From an uncultured candidate division Zixibacteria bacterium (GTDB lineage Bacteria; Zixibacteria; MSB-5A5; GN15; FEB-12), in assembly GCA_963735035.1 (NCBI GenBank), contig CAVTJJ010000004.1, forward strand, positions 1,440,001 to 1,504,000: a stretch of DNA of 64,000 nucleotides, written 5' to 3'. A program made the position numbers and the translations under genes. A model generated the notes under the pieces. That model did not search any database. It was not told the origin of the DNA and saw only the letters and a program-made list of their open reading frames with translations. Below are positions 62,541 to 64,000 of the stretch, piece by piece; position 1 is the first letter of the stretch, and each line of letters starts with the position of its first letter.

Positions 62541-63305
62541 ATGGACCTTGCCACTATATTCGGTTTGATTCTCTCGCTCGGCGCCATCGGTGGTGCGTTC
62601 ACTCTCGAGGGTGGCAAGCTCGGATCAATCCTGGGGCTCGCTCCGATGGTCATCGTTATCGGCGGCACACTCGGCGCCACGATCGTCACCACGTCGATGG
62701 ACACGGTCAGAAACGTTCCGAGTTATCTCTGGCTGGCTTTCTCGCACCGGCGACAGTCGCCCGGTAAGTTGATCGAACACCTGGTACACCTGGCCGAAAA
62801 GGCCCGCCGGGAAGGGATTCTCGGCCTTGAAGCCGATCTCAAGACGATCCGCCTGCCGTTCTTCCGAAAAGCAGTCCAACTATTAATAGATGGCACCGAA
62901 GTCACCGTGCTTCGGGATATCCTCGAAACGGAAATCGCACACATCGAAGAACGCCACAAGCGTGGCATTATCTTCTTCCAGAAGGCGGGCGGTTTTTCGC
63001 CTACTCTGGGGATTCTGGGCACCGTGCTTGGTTTGGTCCACGCCCTTGGAAATACGTCGGATGCTTCCAAGATGGCCGGTGCTATCGCGGCCGCATTCAT
63101 CGCCACCCTCTGGGGAGTCGGACTGGCCAATTTGTTCTTCCTGCCGGTGTCGGATAAGTTGCGGATGAAGAACGACGAAGAAGTCGCCTACCTCGAACTG
63201 ATTATGGAAGGGGTCGTGGCGATCCAGTCGGGCGACAACCCGCACAATATTCGGATACGTTTGAATTCATTCCTATCGCCGTCGCACCGGTCCCGCGAGG
63301 TTTAG
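62541..63305 (+). CDS. motA: Flagellar stator MotA/PomA
   Basis: ARREGILGLE, PTLGILGTVLGL and FIATLWGV. Confidence 0.93.
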   Translation: MDLATIFGLILSLGAIGGAFTLEGGKLGSILGLAPMVIVIGGTLGATIVTTSMDTVRNVPSYLWLAFSHRRQSPGKLIEHLVHLAEKARREGILGLEADLKTIRLPFFRKAVQLLIDGTEVTVLRDILETEIAHIEERHKRGIIFFQKAGGFSPTLGILGTVLGLVHALGNTSDASKMAGAIAAAFIATLWGVGLANLFFLPVSDKLRMKNDEEVAYLELIMEGVVAIQSGDNPHNIRIRLNSFLSPSHRSREV

Positions 63306-63310
63306 TTCCC

Positions 63311-64000
63311 ATGATCAGGCGCCGCAAAGCTGCCGATGATAAAGAAAATCTGGAGCGATGGCTTCTGACCTACGCTGACCTGATTACCCTCCTGCTGGCC
63401 TTCTTTGTCGTCATGTATTCCATGTCCGCGGTCGACAACAAGCGGTTCGGCCAGGTATCGGACGCCCTCAACACAATCCTCAAAGGCGGGCCGTCGGTAC
63501 TTCGTCATCAAGAAGATGTCACCAAGGTCGGCCACGGCCTGCTCCAACTGGGCAACCTCCGGATGGTGCAGCAGAAGATCGACGAGAAATTTCAGGAGCT
63601 TGGCAAGCAGGGCATTCTGAAGACTGAAATCACCGAACGCGGTTTGGTCGTACATATTATGGAATCAGCCTTGTTTGATCAGGGGTCGGCGGATCTGAAG
63701 CCTCGAGCCCTGGAAGTGTTGGACCTGGTTGCGAGCCAACTGAAGGATCGCCCCAACCATGTTCGGATCGAGGGGCACACCGACGACACCCCGATCCGCA
63801 CCCCGATCTATCCTTCCAACTGGGAGCTTTCCTCGGCGCGGGCGACCGCCGTGGTTCGATACTACACCGAGAGCCATTCCATCCCGGCCGGGCGGATTTC
63901 AGCGCTCGGTTACGGCGAGTACCGTCCGGTCGTGCCGAACAACAGTATCGAGAATCGCGCCATGAATCGCCGGGTCGATATTGTTATCCTCACGATGGAG
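63311..64000 (+). CDS. motB: Flagellar stator MotB, 3' truncated by the window edge
   Basis: Manual translation gives ERWLLTYADLITLLLAFFV, IEGHTDD, NWELSSARA and NRRVDIVI. Confidence 0.95.
   Translation, partial: MIRRRKAADDKENLERWLLTYADLITLLLAFFVVMYSMSAVDNKRFGQVSDALNTILKGGPSVLRHQEDVTKVGHGLLQLGNLRMVQQKIDEKFQELGKQGILKTEITERGLVVHIMESALFDQGSADLKPRALEVLDLVASQLKDRPNHVRIEGHTDDTPIRTPIYPSNWELSSARATAVVRYYTESHSIPAGRISALGYGEYRPVVPNNSIENRAMNRRVDIVILTME

Overview
Bacterial chromosomal window in the standard genetic code. Dockerin-bearing secreted proteins and a FlgD/T9SS-type C-terminal domain point tentatively to Zixibacteria or an FCB-like lineage; this is inference only. Contents in order: BamB-like lipoprotein and HEAT protein; sigma54-type hsp20-dnaJ-clpB; cheY-cheX; an archaeal-type HMG-CoA synthase/thiolase/DUF35 operon; small accessory genes; MFS and DUF523/DUF1722; liuB-liuC-liuD-BCCP; a REP-associated tyrosine transposase (RAYT); thiolase-hbd-two acyl-CoA dehydrogenases; two dockerin paralogues; bioY, ilvE, rpiB, glyA, cutA, nrdR, tatC, tRNA-Gly(CCC), DUF512, der; an RsbU/W/V module fused to a receptor-less che operon and a FlgS/FlgR-like pair; motAB. 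The intergenic DNA is saturated with many distinct palindromic REP-like families. Most notable: (1) a RAYT flanked by its own GTGC-footed REP (15 copies found), two copies of which lie in-frame inside a protein gene; (2) an apparently natural circular permutation of a blue-copper cupredoxin; (3) a dispersed sigma28 promoter set reaching non-flagellar genes; (4) a CheB with Asn at the catalytic Asp; (5) a DUF35 subunit lacking its Zn cysteines; (6) a HEPN-like gene split by one in-frame TAG. The ten frameshifts (clpB x8, cutA, der) are all +1 insertions and are most likely sequencing errors. No CRISPR array or rRNA was seen.
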